Shown: positions 20,401-30,412 of the stretch, piece by piece
Position numbering within the stretch: position 1 is the first letter of the stretch
How the letters are laid out: each line of letters opens with the position of its first letter
From: an uncultured Gemmatimonadales bacterium
GTDB lineage: Bacteria; Gemmatimonadota; Gemmatimonadetes; Gemmatimonadales; GWC2-71-9
Direction of reading: 5' to 3'
Length of the DNA: 64,000 nucleotides
NCBI GenBank assembly: GCA_963739455.1
Contig: CAVUAK010000001.1
Coordinates: forward strand, 1,056,001-1,120,000
Program-made: the position numbers and the translations under genes
Notes under the pieces: model-generated
What the model was told of the DNA's origin: nothing
The model's database searches: none
The model's input: the letters and a program-made list of their open reading frames with translations, nothing else

Positions 20401-20980
20401 ACCGGAACGGCGCCGGCGCATGGCACTATGGGAAGTATTGCGCGCCGAGCGTGGCGTTGCGGGCCCTCTTGCCGTCCTGCCGCCTTGCCGCCCTGCCGCC
20501 TTCCTTCCTCCCATGACGCCTTACGAGGTGACCGAAGCGGATTACCGCATGACGGCGCTCTCACTCAACGGTCACCCCATGGCGCATCTTCGAGCAGAAA
20601 TGAAGCGGCTGGGTGTGGCGTGCGCACGGGATCTTGGCGGTGACCTGAGCACATCTGCCGCCTCGCCGCCTTGTCATCCTGCCGCTCCCCGCGATGGCGA
20701 CACCGTCCTTGTTGCCGGCCTCGTCATCTGCCGCCAGCGGCCCGGCACCGCCAAGGGGTTTGTCTTCCTCACACTCGAGGACGAGACCGGCCTGGTGAAT
20801 GTCGTCGTGACGCCGAAGCGCTTCGAGCAACAGGCGCTGCTCATCGCCCGGAGCCCGCTGCTGCTGATACGCGGGACCTTGCAGATCGAGGGACGTGTGG
20901 TGAACGTGCGCGGGGAGGAATTCCGCCTCCTCAATGCTCCCGTTGGTGCCGAGCATGCCCGTCGGCACGATTTTCACTGA
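17408..20980 (+). CDS. dnaE2: Error-prone DNA polymerase DnaE2 (ImuC)
   Basis: PHP YVELHCHSCFSLLDGA, GRGSAANS, PPDIDLD, KIDLLGLGML, YGFPESHAASFA, OB-fold RQRPGTAKG, terminal RHDFH. Confidence 0.96.
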   Translation: MTDTVDPSGYVELHCHSCFSLLDGAASPEGLVDRAHGLGQRALALTDHADLGGAVRFSEAGRARGVETIIGAELDMSGNREQGTGNRISLVLLAESAVGYANISTLITRARMDCPRGEPAVPLDLLARHADGVTALTGGPHGWVPSLLAAGDVDGARRAARALRDIYGDHLVIECWDHGLPEERAIVTQLIPLAGWLGVPWVVANDVHYARPQDRRVHDVLTALRHKSTLDQMGTRLRPNGEWYLKSAAQMSRRWRHAPEGVHATRAIAERCAFRLRQLRPTLPAFPLPPGVGEDEYLERLATQGLDERLKPSHDSRLTTHDSSAHRTQLAHELTIIARLKLAGFFLIVWDIVRFARRSGILCQGRGSAANSVVCYCLGITAVDPVKMNLLFERFLSEERAEPPDIDLDIAHRERERVLQYVYERYGREHAAMVCEQISWRGRSAVRDSARVLGFSVQQAEAIAAFSDRFSAKATAAALRGRAVADAYTQDNPECAEDSGKKEGDDDLAFFSPSSIRRRDADKRALASTLGQQMIPGTEAKTKADAVKREVYLDPHADQDHVERRNPVTSLLGSTEATSVLTKAGLDPADPRVALLADLVEGLHQLPRHRSIHVGGFVLSREPLSRIVPIEPASMPGRTVIQWEKDDLDPVGLVKIDLLGLGMLTLLQDCLLYIRRTRGVSLDLGTIPVDDQAVYDDLCRADTIGLFQVESRAQMNTLPRMKPRAFYDLVVEVALIRPGPIQGDMVHPFLRRRAGLEEVTYPHPSLEPALKRTLGVPLFQEQGMQVAIAAAGFTPGQADELRRAMGHKRSHERMAGIAEQLVEGMAKNGIDADTARRIYQQINAFADYGFPESHAASFALLVYASAYLRHYYPPEYTAAILNAQPMGFYSPGTLVEDARRHGVEVRPVDALQSGWDATLQQDGKAARRQGGRSEPAVRLGFRSIRGLGTAAREKIERALNERPFSSVADVVIRTGLDRGALRSLAESGALDCLVAHESPERRRRMALWEVLRAERGVAGPLAVLPPCRPAAFLPPMTPYEVTEADYRMTALSLNGHPMAHLRAEMKRLGVACARDLGGDLSTSAASPPCHPAAPRDGDTVLVAGLVICRQRPGTAKGFVFLTLEDETGLVNVVVTPKRFEQQALLIARSPLLLIRGTLQIEGRVVNVRGEEFRLLNAPVGAEHARRHDFH
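17639..17666 (+). repeat. GGGAACA x4 in-frame in dnaE2
   Basis: Four exact heptamers encoding GNREQGTGNR. Confidence 0.9.
18345..18372 (+). repeat. CTCACGA x4 in-frame in dnaE2
   Basis: CTCACGA x3 plus CGCACGA, encoding SHDSRLTTHD. Confidence 0.85.
20171..20202 (+). repeat. GGCGGCAA-type octamer x4 in-frame in dnaE2
   Basis: GACGGCAA GGCGGCAA GGCGGCAA GGCGGCAG. Confidence 0.8.
20468..20499 (+). repeat. CYTGCCGC octamer x4 in-frame in dnaE2 (reverse complement of the 20171 array)
   Basis: CTTGCCGT CCTGCCGC CTTGCCGC CCTGCCGC. Confidence 0.8.
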
Positions 20981-21800
20981 AGAAGTCTTCACGCAGGATC
21001 CAGCCCTGACCCGAACCCTCCTGCGAAATCTGTGGTGCCTTCTCCTTGCCGCGACCGGAACGATCACGCCCGCCATCGCGGCAGCCCAGGATTCCGCCGC
21101 AGTTGCGTCACCGCAATCGGCGGTGGCGCCAGACAGCCTCAAGCGCACGCCTTCCATCAAGCTCTGGCAGGTCGGCGCCGTCGTGGCCGGCGGTGTCCTC
21201 ACGATGGCCCTGGTGGATGCGCCGGTCCAGGAATGGACCGCCAACCCGGATCACGGCAGCACCACGGGCGATGACATCGCCAACGTCGCGCAGTACTTCG
21301 GGCAGGCGGAGGTGGTACTCCCGGTCACCGGCGGACTCATCCTGGTCGGATTGATCGCGAAGAAGCCCGGCGTGCTGCACGCCGGCTACCGCGTCGGTGC
21401 ATCAGTCGTCGTGGCCAGCGTGCTGACACAGGTCTTCAAGTACTCGCTCGGCCGCGTGCGACCCTACGATACCAGCAACGAGTGGGACTTCCAGCCCTTC
21501 AGCGGGGCCAACTCGATGTGGTCAGGCCATACCGCGACGGCATTCGCTTTCGCGACGGCGCTCTCGCAGGAGATCCACCGGCCGTGGGCCACGGTCGGAC
21601 TGTATACCCTCGCAACCGGCACCGCCTGGTCTCGGGTGTACAACAACGAGCACTGGGTAAGCGATGTGGTGATTGGTGCGGTGGTGGGAATTGCCTCAGC
21701 CAAGCTCGCGACCGGCCGGTGGACCATCTTCGGGCTGCGCGCCCCCATGCCGCTGGCGACGAGCAACGGGCTCGGCCTCATGTGGCATGGGACCTTCTAG
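20955..21800 (+). CDS. PAP2 family phosphatase (start uncertain)
   Basis: KYSLGRVRP, SMWSGHT, SRVYNNEHWVSDV. Confidence 0.88.
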   Translation: MPVGTIFTEEVFTQDPALTRTLLRNLWCLLLAATGTITPAIAAAQDSAAVASPQSAVAPDSLKRTPSIKLWQVGAVVAGGVLTMALVDAPVQEWTANPDHGSTTGDDIANVAQYFGQAEVVLPVTGGLILVGLIAKKPGVLHAGYRVGASVVVASVLTQVFKYSLGRVRPYDTSNEWDFQPFSGANSMWSGHTATAFAFATALSQEIHRPWATVGLYTLATGTAWSRVYNNEHWVSDVVIGAVVGIASAKLATGRWTIFGLRAPMPLATSNGLGLMWHGTF

Positions 21801-21811
21801 TGCACGCGGGC

Positions 21812-22663
21812 CTAGCCCACGATCCTCCATGGGTGGGTATACACCGAGTGTGACTCCTTCCGAGTAAACCCGCAGAGCGTAAGCTTCGCCTGGTGCGCCA
21901 TCCGCACCGCGAGGGCCGTGGCGCCCGACACGGTCACAAGCACACTGGCGCCGAGCATCGCCGTCTTGTGCACCATCTCGAAACTCGCGCGACTCGTCAC
22001 TACCACGAACCCGTCCTGCGGGTCGATGCCTCGCGTCAGCACGGCGCCGATGAGCTTGTCCAGTGCGTTGTGCCGGCCCACGTCCTCACGCACCAGCGAC
22101 ACGTCGCCGTCATAGTTGGCCCACCCGGCTGCGTGCACTGCCCCGGCGGAACGATTCAGTTCCTGCTGGGCCACCAGCCCGTCGAGCGCCCGGTGAATGA
22201 CGGTGCCCGATACCGTCCTCCCCTCAGGCACCTCGGATACCGGGCGCAACACCGCATCCACGCTGTCGCTGCCGCACACGCCGCAGCCGGTTCGACCGGA
22301 GAGCCGGCGGGTGCGGCCGTTGATGACCTCCATGCACTCCGGGGCCACCGTGGCCTGCATCTCCATGCCGCGCTCGTGCGGTACGCATGCGATGGCCAGC
22401 ATGTCGGCCGGCGACCTGATGAGTCCCTCAGTGAGGCTGAAGCCGAGGGTGAAGTCGATCAGGTTGGATGGCGTGGCCATCATGACGACATGCGGAATGT
22501 CGTTGTACACGATGGTGACCGGCGCTTCCTCGGCCACCAGGTCTTCGCGCTCGGTGCGGACGCCACGATCCCATCGCACAACGTGATGCGGTATCAACGG
22601 TTCGGCGGTGCCAAGGCGAAGCAGGGCGTCGGGCTGGGTAAGCCAGTCGGTGTTTGTCGTCAT
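21812..22663 (-). CDS. fdhD: Formate dehydrogenase accessory sulfurtransferase
   Basis: VMMATP, TGCGVCG, GAVHAAG, REDVGRHNALDKLIG, TSRASFEMV. Confidence 0.95.
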   Translation of the reverse strand: MTTNTDWLTQPDALLRLGTAEPLIPHHVVRWDRGVRTEREDLVAEEAPVTIVYNDIPHVVMMATPSNLIDFTLGFSLTEGLIRSPADMLAIACVPHERGMEMQATVAPECMEVINGRTRRLSGRTGCGVCGSDSVDAVLRPVSEVPEGRTVSGTVIHRALDGLVAQQELNRSAGAVHAAGWANYDGDVSLVREDVGRHNALDKLIGAVLTRGIDPQDGFVVVTSRASFEMVHKTAMLGASVLVTVSGATALAVRMAHQAKLTLCGFTRKESHSVYTHPWRIVG

Positions 22664-22713
22664 GTCGGCCTCCTCATTCAATACTAATCCGGACCGGCAT
22701 CGGGTCCTGAAAC

Positions 22714-22749
22714 TGAAGCGGGCGGCCCCGATTGGGGCCGCCCGCTTCA
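22714..22749 (-). terminator. Intrinsic terminator hairpin
   Basis: TGAAGCGGGCGGCCCC-GATT-GGGGCCGCCCGCTTCA, perfect 16-bp stem downstream of the Ig-domain gene. Confidence 0.8.
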
Positions 22750-22767
22750 TTGGAAGACTACGCCCCA

Positions 22768-24619
22768 TCAGGGAGGGGTCGGGAGAGAATCAACCACCGT
22801 CAGGGTGAACACCTTCTGCGCAATCGAACCCGCAAAGACTGACGCGGTGATGGTATAGGTCCCGATCGCCGCAGTCTCAGGCGAGCCGCTGATCGTACCG
22901 GCAGCAGCCATTGCAAACTTCGCCGGGAGAGCGCCAGCCGCTACGCTCCAGTTCTGGGTGCCTGCGCCGCCAAGTGCCGCGAGGCCGGCGCTGTAAGCCG
23001 TGCCCACCGTCGCGTTCGGAAGCGACGTGGACGTGATGCTGATCGGCGGGGCCAGGAACAACTGGTAGAACTCGCCGGCCGCGGGCGCGCCTACGATGAC
23101 CTCATACAACCCGGTCGATGGGGCAACGAACCCGTTCACGCCCGCGATATTGCCGATGAAGCTGATGCTGGCATTGGACGCGGTTCCGAAGTCCGGGTTG
23201 CCGTAGTTGCTGGTACCGCCCCCGGACACGACACCCGTCGCCAAGACCGGGCCCGCTGCCGTGCTGGCGTTGCGGATGCTCAAGTTCAGCGCGCTCCCGT
23301 CAGCCGATACGGCGGCCTGGTTTACGATCGTCGGATTCAGGGTGTCGCCGGCTTCCAGTTGGACCAGGTACCGATCCTGATAGGCGCCGAACCCACCCAC
23401 GCTGCAATTGTTCGGGGCATCGAGGTAGCCGTAGGAGATGACGCCCGGCGAGGTAAACCATGTGACATCGCCCGCCTGACCGCAGCCAACAGGGAACATG
23501 GTGGGGTAGGTCAACGCTGAGCCGAAGAAGTCGCCGTTGACGTCAAGGTCGCCAGAGCGAGTCAACGTGAAGAAGCCGTCCGCCAGGCTGGGCGAAAGCG
23601 CGCGCGCATCGTAGTTCCCGGGGGGCAGGATGTAGTTGACCTGGTACGGGTTCGACGAGGTGCTGTAAAGATACGTCGGCACGGTCAGCTGGACCGGATT
23701 GCCGTTCGAGAGCAGCTGCACCGCCTGTCCCGCGGCACCCTGAAGCGAAAGGCTGAACCCGCTGATCACTGGAATGTTTCCGACCGGCGGCGCAGTCAAC
23801 GTGTACTGCTGGATGCGCTGCGTCGTGGTGCGGCAATCGCTGGAGCGCCACTGGCCCTGCGCATTGGAGCTCGGCCCAAGCTGGGTGCTGGAGCAACCTG
23901 CCTGCACCGTGAGAATGGTGGACGTCGGCACGCCATCTACTTCGTAGTCAGCCCGGATGCGCTGTGGACCGATCAGGTTGCTGAGCGTCCAGGGGCCGGG
24001 GGAAGCATTGCCCAGCTCGTCCGTCTGCACCGTGACCGGGCTCGCTGCGAGCGTGCCCTCGAGGGCAGTGAACGTGACATCGGTGCCGGCAGCAATGCGG
24101 TTGTTGAAGCTGTCAACCGCCACGAAGATCGGCTCCTGTGGCGTCGCAACGCCCGCGACGAATGTGCGGCCTTCCATGCCGGCCGGGGGGTTCACTGTCC
24201 CGAGGGCAACCGCCTCAGCCGTGACATTGACGCTCGTGTTGATCGCCGCCGCGCTGATCACCAGGCGCTGGGGCCCCGCAACATGTCCGAGCCTCCACTT
24301 GCCCGAGGTCGCGATACCATTGGCGTCCGACGTGTCAACCGCGTTGGCGACGATGCCGCCGTTCGCCGTCGAGAAATTCACTCGCTCGTTGGGCGCGACG
24401 CTGCCGTCGGGGTTCTTCAGCTGCACGACCACTGAATCGGTCAGGAGCTCGCCCACCGGTCCAGACACCGGCTGCTCGATGACCTCGATGGTGACCGCCG
24501 GAACACTGGCCGGAGGCCCGACAGGAGTAGGGTTGGTGTTATCATCGCACGCACCCAGAAAACTGCCGAGCGCGGCGGCGGAAAGCCAACACAACTTGTC
24601 TGACGATTCGATGAAGCAT
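22768..24619 (-). CDS. Ig-like domain surface lipoprotein (Big_1-like N-terminus, He_PIG-like C-terminus; probable 1-nt indel in the signal peptide)
   Basis: RBS GAGGGAG then MLHRIVRQVVLA...AAALGSFLGAC lipobox; TSDANGIATSGKWRLG; ITSTSLPNATVGTAYS. Confidence 0.75.
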
Positions 24620-24849
24620 GCTCGGTTCTCCCTCATTGGGTAAAGACGATCCCGCGAGTCAGGCAGCCCGCCGATCCGTGGGTCGATTTGGAGGCCGGGC
24701 GGGGACGCAGCGTGCGACAATCCCGTCGGCATCACGCGAAAGTTGCTCTGTGACGAACAGAATCTGATGTTGGAACGGGTTGGATATCGACAAGTTACCG
24801 CGCGGGTACAGGCACCGCAAGACGGGGGTCAACGGAGCGAAAGCTTCAA

Positions 24850-26156
24850 TTAGCAACGGCTTGGCTCGGTGATCGCCGCCGACGCGCCTGGCTTTCGTCG
24901 ACCAGCGACGCCGATATCGTTCCAAGAGAGCAACCCCGTCAGGGCTCTGACCGGGGTCGGCGTGGCACGCGCAGGTGCTTCGGGCAGCAGGACCGCTCCC
25001 CCGAAGAGACCGCCGTGGTCGGACGGCCAGAGGCCCGATGAAGTCCGCTCGCGCGCCTCGTCGCCAAAGACCGTCATGACAACCGGTCCCACCCGCCGCT
25101 GCTCGTCCGCCTTGATCCACACATAGTCGAGGCGGCGATCCAGCATCGACGGTGCTGCGCAGGTCGGGCGAGTGGCAGCAGGTGGCGCCCGGTTCCGGAC
25201 GGCCGATCCGCGCGACCCACATGTCGGTGAATCCCGCCCTGGTCATCTGGTCGAAGGGAGAGTTGGCCGGGTCGGTCGGCTCCGAGTTGAGGTCTCCGGC
25301 CACGACCACCGGGAGCGTGGTCGCCGAGAGGTCGGCCAGCAACTCAGCCACCTGGGCCTCCTGGATCTCCTTGACCGGTGTGCGCGGCTCCGGATGCGTG
25401 CTTACCACGCGGAAGGTCTGGCCGAAGACCGTCAGGTCGGCGCCCACGTAGCCCCGCTTGATCGCCACCGGAATCGGACCCAGGTTGACGGGCAGGTAGG
25501 CCTGGTAGTTCTTCGCCGTGACATTGCGCGCCGCGACACCCCGGCGCGCCAGCATCACGTCGTAGTCCACCAGTGATACGAAGGCCGCGGGCAGGCCATC
25601 GGGCCCGGCGATGATCTCTCCGGTGGCGGGATTGATCGACAGCGGAATGATGACGTCCGTGTTCTTCACCTGGCCCACCAGGCGATAGTCGAGCCGGCGC
25701 GCGGCCAGGGCGCTCAGGAAAATCGGCAGGAAGTCGGTGGTGTTGTCGGTCACGCCATAGTCGCCGAGGCCGCGCCGGGCCACAGTGGAAATCTCGTTCA
25801 GGCTGATGACGTCCGGGCCCTGGCGCTTGATCTCGTCGGCCATCCGGTTGGCCCGCGCCGTCCAGTCAGTCGCGTCGAAGGTGTGCAGGGCACCGATCAG
25901 CGCGCCGAAGAGCACCGTCGGGTCGGAGGACGATGCGCCGGCCGCGATGACGGCGTCGACATCGGTCCCGACATACACGTTCTGCTGGTAGATCCGGATC
26001 GGCGCCGCGACGATGCGCCACGACGAGTACCAGTCCCCGGACGAGATGAGGGTCTCGCCGCCGGTTCGGTCGCGCTTCGATCGGGGTGGGGGCTGCAGGG
26101 CTGTCGCAAGCCGACAGCAGCGCGGCCGCGATGAGCACAGCGGATGAAGTCTTCAT
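24850..26156 (-). CDS. Endonuclease/exonuclease/phosphatase (EEP) family lipoprotein (frameshifts ~26065 and ~25150)
   Basis: MKTSSAVLIAAALLSAC lipobox; QQNVYVG, PDVISLNE, VAGDLNS, RLDYVW, WPSDHGG. Confidence 0.8.
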
Positions 26157-26320
26157 GGGAACCTCCGGCTTGAGTGGGACAGGGTGAACGCCCCCAGCTT
26201 CGCCGGTGGTCATCAAGGCAGGGTCAAGTGCTCACGGTGGCGGAGGTTGCCAGCCCTCGTGTCTCGGCATAGATATTCATGCGGAGTTGATCATTCTCTG
26301 GGGGAGCATCGATGCGCGCG

Positions 26321-27016
26321 ATGACAAGGAGCCTGCTGGCACTGCTCGTCGTGATGGTCTCGAGCGCTACGGGGCGGGTGCTGCAGGCACAGGCGTTCGA
26401 GGGCACGCTCACCTTCCGCGCGCGCGGCGATGATGGCGACAAGACCATCACGGAGTGGGTGAAGGGCACGAGCATCCGGTACGACTATGCCGGTGCTCCG
26501 GGCAGGGATGGAACCATGATCGTCGACGGCACTGCCAGGACCCGCACCGTCATCATGCCGGCCCGGAAGATGTACATGACGGTGCCGTACGATCCGGCCG
26601 CGAGGAAGCCGCTGCCGACCGGGGACAAGCCGCAGGTCACCTGGACACGCACCGGCAAGACCGAGACGGTCGCCGGCGTGCGGTGCGAGGTGATTCATGG
26701 CAGTGGCGTTGAGGATGGCAAGCCGAAGGAGGCCAACCTCTGCGTGGCGAAGGGCATCGGGTTCGGGGGTTCCACTGGCGCCGGGCCCTTCGGCGAGGCA
26801 CTGGCCGAGTTTGCCAACCTCGATCTCAAGCCGGGCGAGGGGATCGTGAAGGTGACGAGTATCGAGGCGGGGAAGCCCGAGGTCGAGCTGGAGTTGACCA
26901 AGGTGGACCGGCGGAGCCTGGCCGCAGTCGATTTCGAGCCGCCCGCCGGGTACACCAGGTTCGAGCGGCCCGCGCCGGCGGGTGGACCGCCTCCCGTGGT
27001 GCAGAAGAAGCAGTAG
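26321..27016 (+). CDS. DUF4412-like secreted protein
   Basis: Signal peptide, AFEGTLTF, TGKTETVAGVRCE, FEPPAGY. Confidence 0.75.
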   Translation: MTRSLLALLVVMVSSATGRVLQAQAFEGTLTFRARGDDGDKTITEWVKGTSIRYDYAGAPGRDGTMIVDGTARTRTVIMPARKMYMTVPYDPAARKPLPTGDKPQVTWTRTGKTETVAGVRCEVIHGSGVEDGKPKEANLCVAKGIGFGGSTGAGPFGEALAEFANLDLKPGEGIVKVTSIEAGKPEVELELTKVDRRSLAAVDFEPPAGYTRFERPAPAGGPPPVVQKKQ

Positions 27017-27085
27017 CGCGCTTGTTGCCGGGGAGGAGAATGCACTACCTTCTCCGGCGCTCCAGCAGGGCCAGCAACAAGTCCA

Positions 27086-27156
<71 letters not shown>

Positions 27157-27379
27157 CTCTCTCCTACCGTCCGCTAAATAGCCACCACGTCACAACTTGC
27201 ACCGCGTCACTGCCCAAACGGGCGGGACGGGGTTACTATTATGGTCGGGAGCCGTTGCGCAGAACTACACTTCTGACGCAGCGGCTCCCGGTCGTTTATG
27301 GGGTCGCCACCCAACCTCGAGTACACGCGAGTTCAACTCGGTGTCTTGCATGGGTGAGTTCACTTCACGCAAGGCAGCC

Positions 27380-28975
27380 ATGCGTCCGCTCCGCGTCGGC
27401 ATTCTCGATCTCGTTGCTCGTGCCCCGACTACCGCCGTCTATTCCCGTGTCATGAACCCGAACCTTGCCGGCATCATGCCGCAGATCATCGCGGTCTGGT
27501 GTGAACAGGCGGGGCATGACGTGCACCTGGTGTGCTACACCGGGTTCGAGGACCTTCAGGCGGAACTGCCGCTCGACGTCGATGTGCTCTTCGTCAGCGC
27601 GTTCTCCCAGTCGGCACAGCTTGCCTACGCGATCAGCAACATGTTCCAGCAGCGCGGTGCGGTTACGGTGCTCGGCGGGCCGCATGCCCGCTGCTATCCC
27701 GAGGATGCCGGGCGCTTCTTCGACTACGTCCTGGGCTTCACCGACCGGAACACCGTCCTCGAGATCCTGGCCGACCGGGAGCAGCATCGTCCCGTGGGTC
27801 GCCAGCTCGCGTCGGCCCAGCAGCCGAAGGACCTGCCGACCCTGGCCGAGCGCTGGAAGTACGTCGAGCGCACGCTGGCCAAGGCGCCGGTCATCCAGAT
27901 GGTGCCGATGCTCGCCAGCCTCGGCTGCCCCTACACCTGCAGCTTCTGCATCGATTCGACGGTCGAGTACCAGCCGCTCGGCTTTGATCGCCTGTCGGAA
28001 GACATCCAGTTCCTGCTGACCAAGCACAAGAGTCCCATCGTCGGGTGGCACGACCCGAACTTCGGGATCCGCTTCGACGAGTGCATGGAGACGCTCGAGC
28101 GCGCCGACCCGACCACGCGCATTCGGCACATCGCCGAGAGCAGCCTCTCGGTGCTGAACGAGGCGCACCTCAAGCGGCTCAAGAAGAACGGCTTCAAGGC
28201 GATCCTGCCGGGCGTCGAGTCGTGGTACGACCTCGGCAACAAGTCGAAGACGCGAAATACCGGCATGGAGAAGGTGACGCAGGTGTCGGATCACGTGAAC
28301 ATGATCCTGCGCTACATCCCCTACATCCAGACGAACTTCGTGCTCGGCCTCGATGGCGACATGGGCCCCGAGCCGTTCGAGCTGACCAAGAAGTTCCTCG
28401 ACCTGGCCCCGGGCTCGTTCCCCGGCTATTCGCTGCTCTCGGCGTTCGGCAAGGCGGCGCCGCTCAACCTCGAGTACCAGCGCGACGGCCGGGTGCTGGG
28501 CTTCCCGCATCACTTCCTGAACAACAACCACGCGATGAACGTGAAGCCGAAGAACTACGCGTGGCCGGAGTTCTACGATCGCCTCATCGACCTGACGAAG
28601 TACTCGTTCTCGGGCCGGATGATCGCGAAGCGCTTCATGGGCACCAGCGAGATGCTGCCGAAGGGCATGAACGTGATCCGCGCGATTTCGTCGGAGGGCT
28701 GGGGCCGCATCAAGTACCACACGACGATCCGCGGCCTGCTCGACACCGACAAGTCGGTGCGCGACTACTTCGAGGGCGAGACCACGGTGCTGCCGCAGTT
28801 CTATCGCGACCGCATCCGTCGCGAACTCGGGCCGTTCTGGGACTGGCTGCCGGAAGGCGCGCTGGAGCACGATCCCAACGCGTACCTGAAGGCGTCGGCA
28901 GGGCTGGTGCCGATCGCGCCGCGTCCAGGTCGTGGCACGGTGGCCAATCGCGCTGGTGTCGCTACGGTCGCCTAG
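27380..28975 (+). CDS. Cobalamin-binding radical SAM protein
   Basis: VTVLGGPHA B12-binding segment; SLGCPYTCSFC CxxxCxxC motif. Confidence 0.85.
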   Translation: MRPLRVGILDLVARAPTTAVYSRVMNPNLAGIMPQIIAVWCEQAGHDVHLVCYTGFEDLQAELPLDVDVLFVSAFSQSAQLAYAISNMFQQRGAVTVLGGPHARCYPEDAGRFFDYVLGFTDRNTVLEILADREQHRPVGRQLASAQQPKDLPTLAERWKYVERTLAKAPVIQMVPMLASLGCPYTCSFCIDSTVEYQPLGFDRLSEDIQFLLTKHKSPIVGWHDPNFGIRFDECMETLERADPTTRIRHIAESSLSVLNEAHLKRLKKNGFKAILPGVESWYDLGNKSKTRNTGMEKVTQVSDHVNMILRYIPYIQTNFVLGLDGDMGPEPFELTKKFLDLAPGSFPGYSLLSAFGKAAPLNLEYQRDGRVLGFPHHFLNNNHAMNVKPKNYAWPEFYDRLIDLTKYSFSGRMIAKRFMGTSEMLPKGMNVIRAISSEGWGRIKYHTTIRGLLDTDKSVRDYFEGETTVLPQFYRDRIRRELGPFWDWLPEGALEHDPNAYLKASAGLVPIAPRPGRGTVANRAGVATVA

Positions 28976-29047
28976 TCGGCTGCCGAGGTCCGGGGCCGGT
29001 TCTGCGCATGCGCGGAGCCGGCCTCTTGTTTTGGGGGAGACCCAACC

Positions 29048-29487
29048 GTGAGGCTCCAATCCGTATTTCACTCCCTGTGTCCGTCGGCGCGGTCCTCCTG
29101 GTCGCGGCGTGTGGATCAAAGCAGGCGCCCCCTGTGACAGTGAGCCCCGCAACCCTGGGTGGCGCCGCGTGGCTGCTCGAGGACCTCACCGGTCGCGGCG
29201 TGATCGACAACTCACACGTCACGCTGCAGTTCCTTGCCGATGGAAAGGTGACCGGGAGCGGCGGCTGCAACCGCTACAGTGGCGCGGCGACGCTCAAGGG
29301 ATCGGTCATCACCTTTACGCCGATGGCATCCACGATGATGGCCTGCGCCCCGGCATTGATGGACCAGGAGATGCGTTACTTCGCGGCCCTCACGAAGGCC
29401 GACACGGTTTCGATCGACAAGACCGGTGCACTCCTCATCGGGGTCAAGGGAGAGGCCAAGCCGCTGCTCTTCCGCAAGGAGACATGA
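29048..29487 (+). CDS. META domain (HslJ-like) lipoprotein; start uncertain
   Basis: LLVAAC lipobox; GSGGCNRYSG, STMMAC...MDQE. Confidence 0.85.
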
Positions 29488-30411
29488 CCCGGCCGCTCCA
29501 CCCGCTCGCCACCCTCCCCGCGGGGTGGCGCACCCGTTTCGCGCCTGCACCTACCGGCTTCCTCCACCTCGGTCACGTCGTCAACGCGGTCTACGTCTGG
29601 GGACTGGCGCGGGCGTTTGGCGGCCGGGTGGTATTGCGCATCGAGGACCACGATCGGACCCGCTCGCGGCCGGAGTACGAGCGCGGCATTCTCGATGATC
29701 TCGACTGGCTCGGGCTCGCCCCGGATTTCGGCGAGACCGCCGCCTTTCGCGCGGGTCCGCTCCCCCAGCGCCAGAGCGACAACACCGCACGCTATCAGGC
29801 GGCACTCGAGCGGCTCGATCGATGCCGGGCTGGTCTACGCGTGCGACTGCTCGCGGCGCGACATCGCCCAGGAGGTTCCCGACGTGTTCGGCGAGGAGAT
29901 GCGCTACACTGGTCGTTGTCGCGTCCGCGGCGTCGAGGGACCTGCCGTGAAGGCGCGCCGCGTCATCATGTCACCCGGAGCGGAGCGATTCGACGATCTC
30001 CGCCTCGGACCCCAGGCGCAGGAGCCGTCGGACCAGTGTGGCGACTTGCTCGTGCGCGACCGGCTCGGCCAGTGGACCTATCAGTTCGCCGTGGTGGTGG
30101 ATGACATGGAGCAGGGCGTCGAGGTGGTCATCCGGGGTGAGGACCTGCTGCCGTCCACCGGCCGCCAGATCCGTCTTGGCGGCCTGCTGGGCCGCGGCCG
30201 GCCGCCGCTATTCCTGCACCACCCGCTCATCACCAGGCCGGACGGCGCAAAGCTCAGCAAGTCGGCGGCCGATACCGGCATCCGGGAATTTCGCGCGGGC
30301 GGCGCCACCGCCGCATCGGTGCTGGGCCAGGCTGCGGCACGCGCGGGACTGCTCGAGTCCGGCCGCGCCCTCACGGTGGCTGCGCTAGCCTCACTCTTCC
30401 TGGATACCTGA
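29484..30411 (+). CDS. gluQ: Glutamyl-Q tRNA(Asp) synthetase-like protein (frameshift ~29820)
   Basis: TRFAPAPTGFLHLGH, LRIEDHD, YACDCSR, VIRGEDLL, KLSKS; no anticodon-binding domain. Confidence 0.85.
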
Positions 30412-30412
30412 A

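Noticed and set aside
17639..20499. CRISPR array
   Set aside because: Units are 7-8 nt without spacers, and no cas genes are present.
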